DNA from: Eledone cirrhosa
Taxonomy: Eukaryota
Direction of reading: 5' to 3'
Length of the DNA: 42,120 nucleotides
Assembly (NCBI GenBank): GCA_964016885.1
Contig: CAXHJY010000609.1
Coordinates: 1 to 42,120 of the forward strand
Shown in pieces: positions 1 to 14,619 of this stretch. The number at the start of each line of letters is the position of its first letter. Position 1 is the stretch's first letter. The notes under the pieces are model-generated. The model saw only the letters and a list, made by a program, of their open reading frames with translations. It was not told where the DNA came from and did no database searches. The position numbers and the translations under genes are program-made.

Positions 1-4957
<4,957 letters not shown>

Positions 4958-5095
4958 TATATATATATATATATATTCATTTATTTGTTTATGTGAGGGT
5001 GCATGTGTAACAATATATGCTCACACACACACATATAAATATTTATATATATATATATATCCATATATATACGTATATACATCCAACACATACAA

Positions 5096-5144
<49 letters not shown>

Positions 5145-5197
5145 TAGAATAAGAAAATATGAAATAGTTTCAGATGTTAAAGTCCTTTATTGATAAT

Positions 5198-5272
5198 GCT
5201 GTGATACATATTTCAATGACAACAGTGGCCACACGCTTCGGTGTACCCAGTGCCGTGACCTCGTCAGAGAGC
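5198..5272 (-). ncRNA. Type I hammerhead ribozyme, left-arm copy
   Basis: Minus strand: GCTCT-CTGACGA-stem II-GAAA-TATGTA-TC/ACAGC; one stem I mismatch; AATAAA follows. Confidence 0.7.
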
Positions 5273-5415
5273 TTTTTACATAATAAGGTTACGTTCCCGA
5301 GGTAATCCAAATTGCCCCAAGGGAATGGGCGAAATATTCAAGAACACCCTCTTTGTCCGTTCCCTTGTCGTTTCAATTTGGATTACCTCGGGAACGTAAC
5401 CTTATTATATAAGAA

Positions 5416-5490
5416 GCTGTCTGACGATGTTACGGCACTGGGTACACGGAATCGGGTGGCCACTGTCGTCATTGAAATATATATCACAGC
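5416..5490 (+). ncRNA. Type I hammerhead ribozyme (Penelope minimal stem III type)
   Basis: Stem I GCTGT/ACAGC, core CTGACGA (5421-5427), long stem II, GAAA (5474-5477), palindromic TATATA, predicted cleavage after ATC (5485); AATAAA downstream. Confidence 0.8.
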
Positions 5491-5729
5491 ATTATCAATA
5501 AAGAACTTTAATATGTGAAACTATGTGTGTGTGTATATAATGTTCTAGCTTATATGATTCCAGTTCCTCTGAGGACTAACACCACACCCAGGGGCTGGAC
5601 ATATCGAGGAATTGACAGAGTGGAACACATAACACCACCATGTTTACCTGTATTTTTCTACATTAATTCGTACTGCCTGATGAGCTTACAGCCAATAATA
5701 GGTGTCACCAATAATAGCCTCATTCCAAC

Positions 5730-5975
5730 TCTAGTTGTCACCCTCACCCTAGTCATCACCCTCACCCTAACTCCAGTCGTCACCCTCACTCTCACTCTAG
5801 ACGTCATCCTCACCCTCACTCTAGACGTCACCCTCACCCTCACTCTAGACGTCACCCTCACCCTCACTCTAGACGTCACCCTCACTTCAACTCCAGTCCT
5901 CACCCTCACTCCAGTCGTCACCCTCACTCTAGACGTCACCCTCACTCTAGACGCCACCCTCACCCTAACTCTAAC
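5730..5975. repeat. Hexamer-based 18/24-bp minisatellite (GTCACCCTCACCCTCACTCTAGAC)
   Basis: Direct tandem units; explains the TLTLDV/VRVTSR ORFs. Confidence 0.9.
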
Positions 5976-6331
5976 ATTGTTCCTTCAAAACCAACAAAGA
6001 AAACAACACTGGCAATAAAGAGGAAGGGGAGGAGGTGTGGTAGGAGGAGGTTTTATGGCATGTCAGCCATGATGACAAGTATGGCTGCCATTTGTAGACC
6101 TCCGAAAATAGCAAAGTAATTAAACTTTAGCTATAAACTACACCTAAAACCTGTTTTATTAGCAATTCTTATCAATTGCTTTCTCTGGTTAAGAATGGTT
6201 GTATGTATGTATGTATGTATGTATGTATGTATGCATATATATATATATATGTATGTATGTATATATATGTATGCATATGTATATGTGCCTATGTTTGTGA
6301 GCGTATGTTTGTGAAGAGGAGGAAAGACTAC

Positions 6332-6371
<40 letters not shown>

Positions 6372-6426
6372 TATATACTTACATATATAAGTTTGTTTTG
6401 ATGAACTAAGAAAGAATACTTGTATT

Positions 6427-6463
<37 letters not shown>

Positions 6464-6949
6464 TCTTTATTTTCATCACAAACGTCCGCCCCCTGGTGTA
6501 GCAGTGCCACAACTCAGCAACCAACACAGAAGTTTTCCGCCTCCTCCTTATCCCCCACAACAAACTCTATCACATCCCCATCATTATAACAGTCTGTGTT
6601 ACTATTGCAACGTTTATCTGCTTCTGGCTAATAAGTAGCTCTTTTGTCTTCCTCTGTAATTTTTTTTACGCCCGTTAATAGTGAATTGGCTTTTGCACAA
6701 AATTGACAAAATTGACTCGAAATAAAAGAAAAAAACAAAGAAAAAACAAAACAAAAAGGAAATCAATGAAAAAAAAAAAAAAACTACAAGAAAACAAACG
6801 TAAAAGCTAGGAATATCTAATATTTTATTACTGGTAGTTCTTTGCCAACAACTGTAGCATTTGTTGCTACAATCGATTCTAATTCCCTTTCAAATCGTAA
6901 TTCTAAGATTAAGTAGACCAGCTATGCATTAAGGGACTAAATATATTTT

Positions 6950-7110
6950 ATTATTTTACTGGTTTCAATCATTAGACACTGACCATACTGGGGCAACACA
7001 CTGGAAGTGCTTTAGTCGATCATTTCAAAACAAGTATTTCGTCGATCTTGTTGTATTGAAGGGTTAAGTTAGGGGATATAAACAGTAAATGTAAACACAA
7101 ACACAGACCG
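6950..7110 (-). mobile_element. Degenerate 3' portion of a second octopus-type SINE
   Basis: TTTTACTGGTTTCAATCATTAGAC..CCATACTGGGGCA..TTTAGTCGA resembles a common octopus SINE as recalled, and the 20245-20279 / 20639-20740 pieces. Confidence 0.5.
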
Positions 7111-7398
7111 TGCGTTACCTCCTACAACACACACACAGATGAAGCTTTGAAATGGTTTAATTTTGACCATCGGGCATTCTATCCTATGATACACACACAC
7201 ACATATATATGGGTTAAAGAGACAAGAAAAAGAGGTAGAAAAAGTCTTATTAGTTTCACGCTTTGTATTGGAAAGATAAAAGAAAGTTCGACGTGTCGGG
7301 CTTAAGTCTGTCTTCATGAGTACAAAATAGAGACAGGATCACAATGGAGAAACAGAAACAGGGTCCAGTAAAGACACAAAAAAATCGTATATAAAATA

Positions 7399-7433
<35 letters not shown>

Positions 7434-7446
7434 GTGTATGTGTGTG

Positions 7447-7630
7447 TAGGCGCGTGGATGAGTGGTTAGAGAATTGGATTCGCAATCGTGAGGTTGTGAG
7501 TTCGATTTACGGGCCGGGCAATGCGTTATGTCCTTGAGCAAGACCTGGAGTTGCGACCGATAGATAGTATTAGCAATTGGAAAGACCAATGGAAACAGTT
7601 TCCTCGGCCCAATTTGAGGAAAGTCGATAA

Positions 7631-7635
<5 letters not shown>
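7447..7635 (+). mobile_element. tRNA-derived SINE (different family)
   Basis: A-box TGGATGAGTGGTTAG, anticodon-like loop TTCGCAA, B-box-like GAGTTCGATTT, then TGTCCTTGAGCAAGAC typical of SINE central domains. Confidence 0.7.
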
Positions 7636-7670
<35 letters not shown>

Positions 7671-7693
7671 CATAATAACCAACACAATATAAT

Positions 7694-7767
7694 TATTGCA
7701 TTACCAAAGGTTTCAGGAAACTAAACGATCCTTACAGAAACGTCTAGCCCGTTCATCAGATGAAATA
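7694..7767 (-). ncRNA. Type I hammerhead ribozyme
   Basis: Minus: stem I TATTTCAT/ATGCAATA (7 of 8 pairs), CTGATGA, stem II GGGCTAGACG/CGTTTAGTTT, GAAAC, stem III ACC-TTT-GGT, GTA cleavage triplet. Confidence 0.8.
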
Positions 7768-7875
7768 GTAATTTCTTTTTTTAGTTTTTTCCGTTTTTTC
7801 ACTCAGAGTTTCTTGCTATAAGAGGCGCAGTACCCTTTCCTTGTCATCACGTTAAACTATGTGTACTTGTCATAC

Positions 7876-7986
7876 TTTAATTGCTATAAGCTGCTGTTTT
7901 GTCTCATCTCCATAGGACAGCGTTTTAACTTGTGTCAGAGGCTGTGACCTTGGGTGGACAAGCAGTATCGTTGGTAGGGCTCGAAA
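7876..7986 (-). CDS. Weak candidate exon (phase 0-0) downstream of the cadherin exon
   Basis: TTTTTGCAG acceptor, 37 open codons FRALPTILLVHPRSQPLTQVKTLSYGDETKQQLIAIK, weak GTATGA donor; no clear cadherin motif. Confidence 0.2.
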
Positions 7987-8404
7987 CTGCAAAAATCCAT
8001 CTCAATGGCCAATTCGCTGGTATTTTTATTTCATTAAAAAAAAAAAAAAAAGATTTTGTAAAGATTCCCTTAAAAAATTTGTTTGTCGCCTTGTTTTCTT
8101 TTCATTCGGCGTCTTGTCCTCTCTTTGTTGATTTTCCTAAGTGTGTCTATATATATATATATATATCTTGGGTATCTTTTAGGAAATTGACCAACAATGA
8201 CTTTAACGGTTTCCCGGTGTGATGATTTTCAAAAGTTAAGCGAGGTGGTAGCATGTCAAACTACGCCGTAACTCTCAACTGAAACGGAGGCGAGACAGTT
8301 AACGCATATTTACTTGAAATTAAAATATGCAAATGTGAATACAGAAGCAATGTTTTCTCACACAGAGTTGAATAAAAATGAAAAGCTAAACATGTTTTAC
8401 TTAC

Positions 8405-8499
8405 CCTGATAACATAAGTACTTGATCCGACCTCCAAATGTTTCTTTATGTAAACGGTTCCATTATAAGGTAGCATTTCAAATGGAGTACTGTCGGCGT
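8405..8499 (-). CDS. Exon of a cadherin-repeat protein (second half of repeat)
   Basis: TTGTTTTACAG acceptor, GTAAGT donor; 95 nt, starts phase 1: (D)ADSTPFEMLPYNGTVYIKKHLEVGSSTYVIR, matching cadherin PFxIxxxxGxIxxxxxL..YxLx pattern. Confidence 0.8.
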
Positions 8500-8564
8500 C
8501 TGTAAAACAATATTTATAAATATTTATATATATTTATAAAACAATATATATATATATATATATT

Positions 8565-8956
8565 ATTTTGATTATTACAAATACATACACCACACACGTG
8601 TATATATGAGTAAATATATATACACATATATACATATACACCCCCCCCCTCTCACTTCCTCCCGTCTGACCTGCTTGAATTTCTTTCCTCTCTCAATCTT
8701 CTCGTGGCTCGGACGAGTCTATTTCTCCTCGTCAATTTGATTTGTCGGGCTTAAGCCCACAGGATTCATTGACTTGTCTCTATTTTCCTCTCTTTCCGTT
8801 CCATTACCACCATGTGTTTGTTTCCTTCCCTCTGTTTTCCCACTGTCCCGATAACTTAATTGAGTTATCGCTCGCACTGATTTTTGTTATCTAGTCTTTA
8901 ATGGGTCGAAATACCAACGATAATCAGCAGACTACTGAAGAGGACATTTTACGCCT

Positions 8957-8992
<36 letters not shown>

Positions 8993-9399
8993 TGACAATA
9001 AGGATTGCAGCTTTTTGTAAACTTCATTACATATTACATTTTTTGTTTCTATATCGATCAGCTCGGATTTGAACAGGCGATCGGGTCCCGACTCTTAATC
9101 GATAATTGTTCACATATGAGAATTTACATGGGTGGTCCCATCGAAACTGTTGACATATGTCCTGTCTTTTACATCCATGTTATTGGGTTATGTTGAGTGG
9201 GAGACGGGGGTAGATGGTGATTTTCAAAGTGATAGAGGGAATTAATTGCAAAGAATTGGAATTAGGGTCGGTTTAAAATTTTTTTTAGAGTTAAGTTAAC
9301 TTAACTTGCTTTCAATTTAAGGCATTTTGATTATTACAAATACATACATCACACACGTGTATATATGAGTAAATATATATACACATATATACATATACA
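8565..9399. repeat. 76-bp direct repeats (8565-8640, 9324-9399) around a pyrimidine-rich insert
   Basis: ATTTTGATTATTACAAATACATACA(C/T)CACACACGTG.. occurs twice, one mismatch seen. Confidence 0.85.
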
Positions 9400-9534
9400 T
9401 AAATATATATATAAACAAAGAAAATATGTTTGGAAGGCAGCAAGCGAAGTTTTAGAATTGAAATAGAAGCGTCGCCGTCACATTGATATAGTCAAATAAT
9501 AGGGCGTATAATTCCACTGAACGGTAAAAGATGG

Positions 9535-9609
9535 GTCTCAGAACACTCGAGAGTCGAACCCACGCCTCTAGTTTGCCGGACCAGTACGATAACATTACAC
9601 CAATGAACC
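9535..9609 (-). pseudogene. tRNA-like sequence (pseudogene or SINE head)
   Basis: Minus: TGGTGTAATGTTA A-box, anticodon arm CTGGT-CCGGCAA-ACTAG, GGTTCGACTC B-box; acceptor stem poor. Confidence 0.55.
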
Positions 9610-9840
9610 AAACAAAGACAAGATAGATTAGAAGTTTAAGACCAGGAAAAAAAGGAAGAACAAAACAGATAATCATTGAAGAGGTCACAGAATGTGTGAC
9701 GAAAGAACTTTGAGAAACAAATGAATAATGAACAATAAAGATAAAATTAAAGTGAAAATTGTATGGCCCGTGTGTTTCTTTCTGTTGGCAATATTGGCAA
9801 CATGACCATCCCCAGATATAATATATATCTCAAAATTCCC
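9610..9840 (+). mobile_element. Penelope-type terminal module with mutated hammerhead
   Basis: TTGAAGA-GGTCACAGAATGTGTGACG-AAAGAAC and downstream CGTGTGTTTCTT..ATTGGCAACATGACC are homologous to the minus strand of 16560-16800. Confidence 0.6.
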
Positions 9841-10311
9841 GAGATAAATACTAAGGTCTCACCGATAATATATATATATATATTTATATATTGATATATG
9901 CGTTGGTAGAAATCCGTAGATGAAAGATCAAGGAAAACATGTCCGATCTGTTGGAAGAGAGCTTATTTAATGTAAAGAAAGTTTCATACACTTAACATTA
10001 TGGGTTATCATTGGCTTCGTGGTCCAGTCATGGCCATCACTATGTAATGGAGGAGACACTTTTAAAATGGCCCTTCACTTTTAAACGAGCACGTGGAGGA
10101 AAATCTGAAAAAGGGAAGTTGGTGTCTCTAGGCAGAATGTCACTCCTAATAGTAGAGAGTTATATTCGATATAGGGGAGCTGACGCTGTGTATAAAGTAT
10201 TTGTATAGGAATTCATTACATTTTCGTGGATAAAAGGATCTAATTATGGTATTCCATGTAGATTGTTGTATGTATACACACAGGCAGGGGTGGAAAATAA
10301 TTAAGATTTAA

Positions 10312-10488
10312 CCCTTTAGCATTTACAATATTCCATATTTACTATTGTATTTTCACGGTAAACACTTTATCTCGCATACTTATCTCACATAATATCGATC
10401 TACGAGATTCTGATATTATTTAATTTTGAGAACAATACCTTAACATGAGTATGAACAGCCTGTTATGGCCGGTTTAAATGCGAAAGGG
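10312..10488. mobile_element. piggyBac-like MITE
   Basis: TTAA|CCCTTTAGCATTTA ... TAAATGCGAAAGGG|GTAA: 13/14 TIR match, CCC ends, TTAA target degenerate on the right. Confidence 0.75.
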
Positions 10489-10655
10489 GTAAACGTATTA
10501 TAGACATGCATCTTCACACATACGTGTGCGCGCACGTGTATAACATTGGGTACAACGGTACGGGTAGCCATATATGCATCCATGCATACACACATATAGG
10601 CACAAATCATGCACAGACTCATACACATACATATACCTATCTAGATACACGCATA

Positions 10656-10819
10656 GAGGTAAAATTCCGTTATAACAAATTTCAGTATAACGAAAACTTT
10701 TTCCCCGAGGTAATAATAAACAAACGCTCGATTTGTTTCGGTCGATATCATTATATAGAATTTTTTGTTAAAACGAATTTTGTTTATATCCCATGAATTT
10801 CATTATAACGGAATTTCAC

Positions 10820-10821
<2 letters not shown>
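10656..10821. mobile_element. Tigger/pogo-like (Tc1/mariner) MITE
   Basis: TIRs GT(A/G)AAATTCCGTTATAA..AAATT; right end reads CAGTG on minus; internal (T)ATAACGAA sub-repeats. Confidence 0.7.
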
Positions 10822-10860
<39 letters not shown>

Positions 10861-11119
10861 GATATTAATAAATGGAAACTATATTTATAAAACCATATTT
10901 ATTCTATTACATATATTTCAAGGGTACCAAAACTTTGGTACGCACTCATCACATAAAATATAAAATTTGTTTTAGAAATATGGACATATCCAGGAATGAG
11001 ATTTTAACGGTTCAAGTTTTTTCAGAAAACTTGTCGAGTGCTTCGAATCAGTTATAAATATATATATTTGTTGAATTACCAACAAATTAAATATCCCTTT
11101 TGCTTATATATATATATAT

Positions 11120-11513
11120 TCTAGGGCGGGTAAAATTCCCAAGATCCAAGGACGAGTTCTCTCCAGCGGTCACTGTCCCTCATTATCGCTGCCATGTCCT
11201 GCGTCTCCAACAGACCAGTGTCTGTCATAGGGCATTAACATACGTTAACCTTGGTCTTCCACTTCCAGTGTGTCCATGTAGGGGTTCCCACAGGAGCACT
11301 GAGTGCAATGTCAACTCTGGATGTCGGTGAGCATGTCCAGCTAACCTCAGTCTCCTCTGTGTACATACATATGAAATATACATATATAAACGATCTCAAG
11401 CTGTGGCACGCCGCCCAGGCTTTGTTCTTCCTCTCAACCACATCATCTTCCGTATTCCGAATCTTTGCTCCCAAATACAGAAAGTCCTCAACCAATTCTA
11501 GCGGCATCCCGCC
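11120..11513 (-). mobile_element. RTE-like LINE ORF2 remnants (two pieces, internal deletion)
   Basis: LELVEDFLYLGAKI..DVVERKNKAWAAC (RT thumb region) and, in another frame, RRLRLAGHAHRHPEL..LLWEPLHG..GRPRLTYVNAL. Confidence 0.8.
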
Positions 11514-11555
11514 TACATATATAAACGTGTATATACAGACATATACATACATGTA

Positions 11556-11620
<65 letters not shown>

Positions 11621-11660
11621 GTATATGTGTGTGAGTATGTGTGTATATCTATCTATCTGT

Positions 11661-11805
11661 TAAATCGGGAGTAACCACAGTAAATAAAGTACTCAATACA
11701 TTAGTAGAGTATGAACATCAATATTTAATATAGAAATGGCTTCTACGGGACTAGAACTGTTTCATATAAAATCATTATACGAATGAAATAGTTCCAGTCC
11801 TGTAG

Positions 11806-11809
<4 letters not shown>
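11661..11809 (-). mobile_element. Penelope-type 3' end with 27-bp fold-back (11739-11765 / 11783-11809)
   Basis: Inverted arms with 3 mismatches; left arm on minus reads GAAAC..GTC; tail shares GTATTGAGTACT with the 12790-12981 element. Confidence 0.65.
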
Positions 11810-11880
<71 letters not shown>

Positions 11881-12045
11881 GCACACATGCATCTACAGAT
11901 ATATACATACATATACTTTTATATATATATATATACACGCACACATGCATCTACATACATATACATACATATACCTTGATATATATATATATATATATAC
12001 ACGCGCACATGCATCTACAGACATATAAAGACATACATACATGTA

Positions 12046-12154
<109 letters not shown>

Positions 12155-12381
12155 ATGTGTGTATATCTATTTATCCTCTATATATATGATACCTAATCTT
12201 TCTGAATCTACCCGAACTTAAATATCATAAACCATTTCATGGTCGTTTTAGCATCAAAATAGCAAAATATTCTTTTAAATGTTTAAATGCAGTTTGACTA
12301 TGAAATATACTTACTGTAGCACTAATCCCAAGCAGATACATTTAATTGATTAAATTATAGAAAAGAGATAATATTGAATAT

Positions 12382-12437
12382 GAGTTTATCGCCGACATAG
12401 TCTTCCCAACGGTATAGAGGATTTCAAGTAAAGCACA
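12382..12437 (+). repeat. 56-bp direct repeat, identical copy at 13276-13331
   Basis: GAGTTTATCGCCGACATAGTCTTCCCAACGGTATAGAGGATTTCAAGTAAAGCACA occurs twice. Confidence 0.95.
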
Positions 12438-12789
12438 TAAACGCTAACGTTAGCAGTTCTATACTCTTAATTGTATTTGTATTTACGTATCTGATAAATA
12501 AATCCCTAGCTTATACTGGGAATTAAGTAAAATATTTCATGATAGCATTAGTTCTATCAGAATAGATTAACGGATGATTAAATGGTATGCAGTGAAGTAG
12601 ATTTCCATATTGCTACACGCTCATGTAGATACCGTAAAATACCCACGTCGGAGACCGCACATTATATACTCTATATGCACCTAAACATATATTGAGTTCT
12701 ACGCTAATTAGTCTCATTCTCGATCACCGGACTGTGAACAAGCTGGATCTCTCTCCTGCCCCTCTCTCTTTCTCTCTCTCTATATATAT

Positions 12790-12976
12790 ATAACGAAGGA
12801 ATTGTGGTAAGGAACCAGATGGATCATAACGCACCAGAGTACTCAATACTTAGGGTAGTAGAGTGGGTAATAGGAAAAAGTATGACCTCGACGGCAGAGA
12901 TCAAGCCGTTTCGACGGCTATTTCTGGAAATAGCCGTCGAAACGGCTTGAGCTCTGCCGTCGGGGTCATACTTTTT

Positions 12977-12981
<5 letters not shown>
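12790..12981 (-). mobile_element. Penelope-type 3' end with 55-bp palindrome (12870-12924 / 12927-12981)
   Basis: Two mismatches, 2-nt loop; each arm holds hammerhead GAAACGGC..GCCGTC (stem III plus GUC) but no CTGANGA. Confidence 0.75.
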
Positions 12982-13041
<60 letters not shown>

Positions 13042-13143
13042 ATGAAACGGAATTTCATTTCTCACTCTTAGTACGGCACTTACTTAAATGTAAGTATGTA
13101 TACGTACATACATATATGTATGTACGTAATACATACATACATA

Positions 13144-13181
<38 letters not shown>

Positions 13182-13190
13182 TACATAAAT

Positions 13191-13257
<67 letters not shown>

Positions 13258-13389
13258 TATGTATGTATAAATCGGGAGTTTATCGCCGACATAGTCTTCC
13301 CAACGGTATAGAGGATTTCAAGTAAAGCACACACATATATATATATATATACATATATATATTTATATAGTAATAATAATAATAATAAT

Positions 13390-13440
<51 letters not shown>

Positions 13441-13444
<4 letters not shown>

Positions 13445-13530
13445 GTAATAATAATAAATTTGAAGACTAAAATCCAAAGAGGGCTCGGTAAGGATAAATA
13501 TATATCAAATATATAAGAACCCTATCGCTC
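13441..13530. mobile_element. Dispersed ~90-bp element end (also 26320-26415 inverted and 29668-29777)
   Basis: TAGTAATAATAATAAAT.TGAAGACTAAAATCC.AAGAGGGCTC.GTAAGGA occurs three times. Confidence 0.75.
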
Positions 13531-13835
13531 CACATATCGACGTATTATCCTCGCTTTTTTCCGTTCATTGCCAGGGAACGTCTTCACGAACCAAAGTATC
13601 GTCATCCTGTTTTCCTTCGGTTGCAACGTTTTCCGAAATATTTACTTTTCCGTTCACACATTGATTTTTTTTTGTTTCAGAAGATCCTCAAAGAGGCAGG
13701 TGGCATCGTAAAGTTCAAACCGTCAGGCAAGATGACAATAGTTCCATATGACTGATTTTCACAAAAAGCATTCCTGGTCAGATATATATTCAATTGAGGT
13801 TTATAGTATGAAATTCGATACTACAAGTCATTCTT

Positions 13836-14145
13836 AAATTGAGGAATTTATGTAGGGTGGTACTACTGAAAATTATCGTTAGAGTCAAATACTAGAAAGT
13901 TTACATATAAAAAGACTTATGTTGGTTGACTTGCACATATACTCACACCCAACCCCACAGACACACACACACACACACATCCACACATACAAATTGAGGA
14001 ATTTATGTGGGGTGGTAATACTGAAAATTATGGTTAGAGTCAAATACTTAGAAAGTTTACAAAAAAAAAAGACTTATGTTGGTTGACTTGTACATACACT
14101 CACACCTACCCCCCCACTGACACACACACACATCTACACACACAA
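13836..14145. repeat. Tandem duplication, ~155-bp unit
   Basis: AAATTGAGGAATTTATGT.GGGTGGTA.TACTGAAAATTAT.. begins at 13836 and 13991. Confidence 0.9.
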
Positions 14146-14619
14146 ATCCATACAGTTGTGTATATATATGTATGTACGCACATGGGCATACATATATACA
14201 ACAGAGGCCCCCGAATCCAAGTATAAAACAGACATAAAACGAGGTGGGTGTCATTTTTAAAGAAAAGTAAAGTGGTGTTTGGAAAAGTTATTGTTTAGAC
14301 TAGACAAAAGTAGAGTGTGATATATATTTTCACAGCAATATCTTGGGGGCTTTGGAGCTTAGGCGAATCCCTTAGTACAGACATATATAGGTACACGCAC
14401 CCACCCACACTTTTATACTTCTGGATGCGTGTGTATGTCTATATACACATGTGCACTCATACAAGAGAGCATATACAAATATACTCTTAAGTATACACTC
14501 GAACATTTTTCAAATGCAACCTGGGGTATTAGTATTTCGTTGCGTTCATATAAGTGTGTACATTCACATAATCCCAGTATACACACACAACGCACGGTTG
14601 CGGGCACGCATTCATGCGT

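Larger units (their letters stand above)
5164..5524. repeat. 151-bp inverted repeat (5164-5314 / 5374-5524), Penelope pLTR-like fold-back
   Basis: Arms align by eye with ~13 mismatches; spacer partly self-complementary (CAAGGGAATGGGC / GTCCGTTCCCTTG). Confidence 0.95.

Noticed and set aside
5569-5700. CTGAGGA and CTGATGA motifs
   Set aside because: No correctly placed GAAA, stem III or cleavage triplet.
5515-6018. 167-aa TLTLDV-repeat ORF
   Set aside because: Produced by the hexamer minisatellite; no splice or homology support.
6470-6638. Pro-rich peptide with PPPY motif
   Set aside because: No credible splice acceptor or start; preceded by microsatellite.
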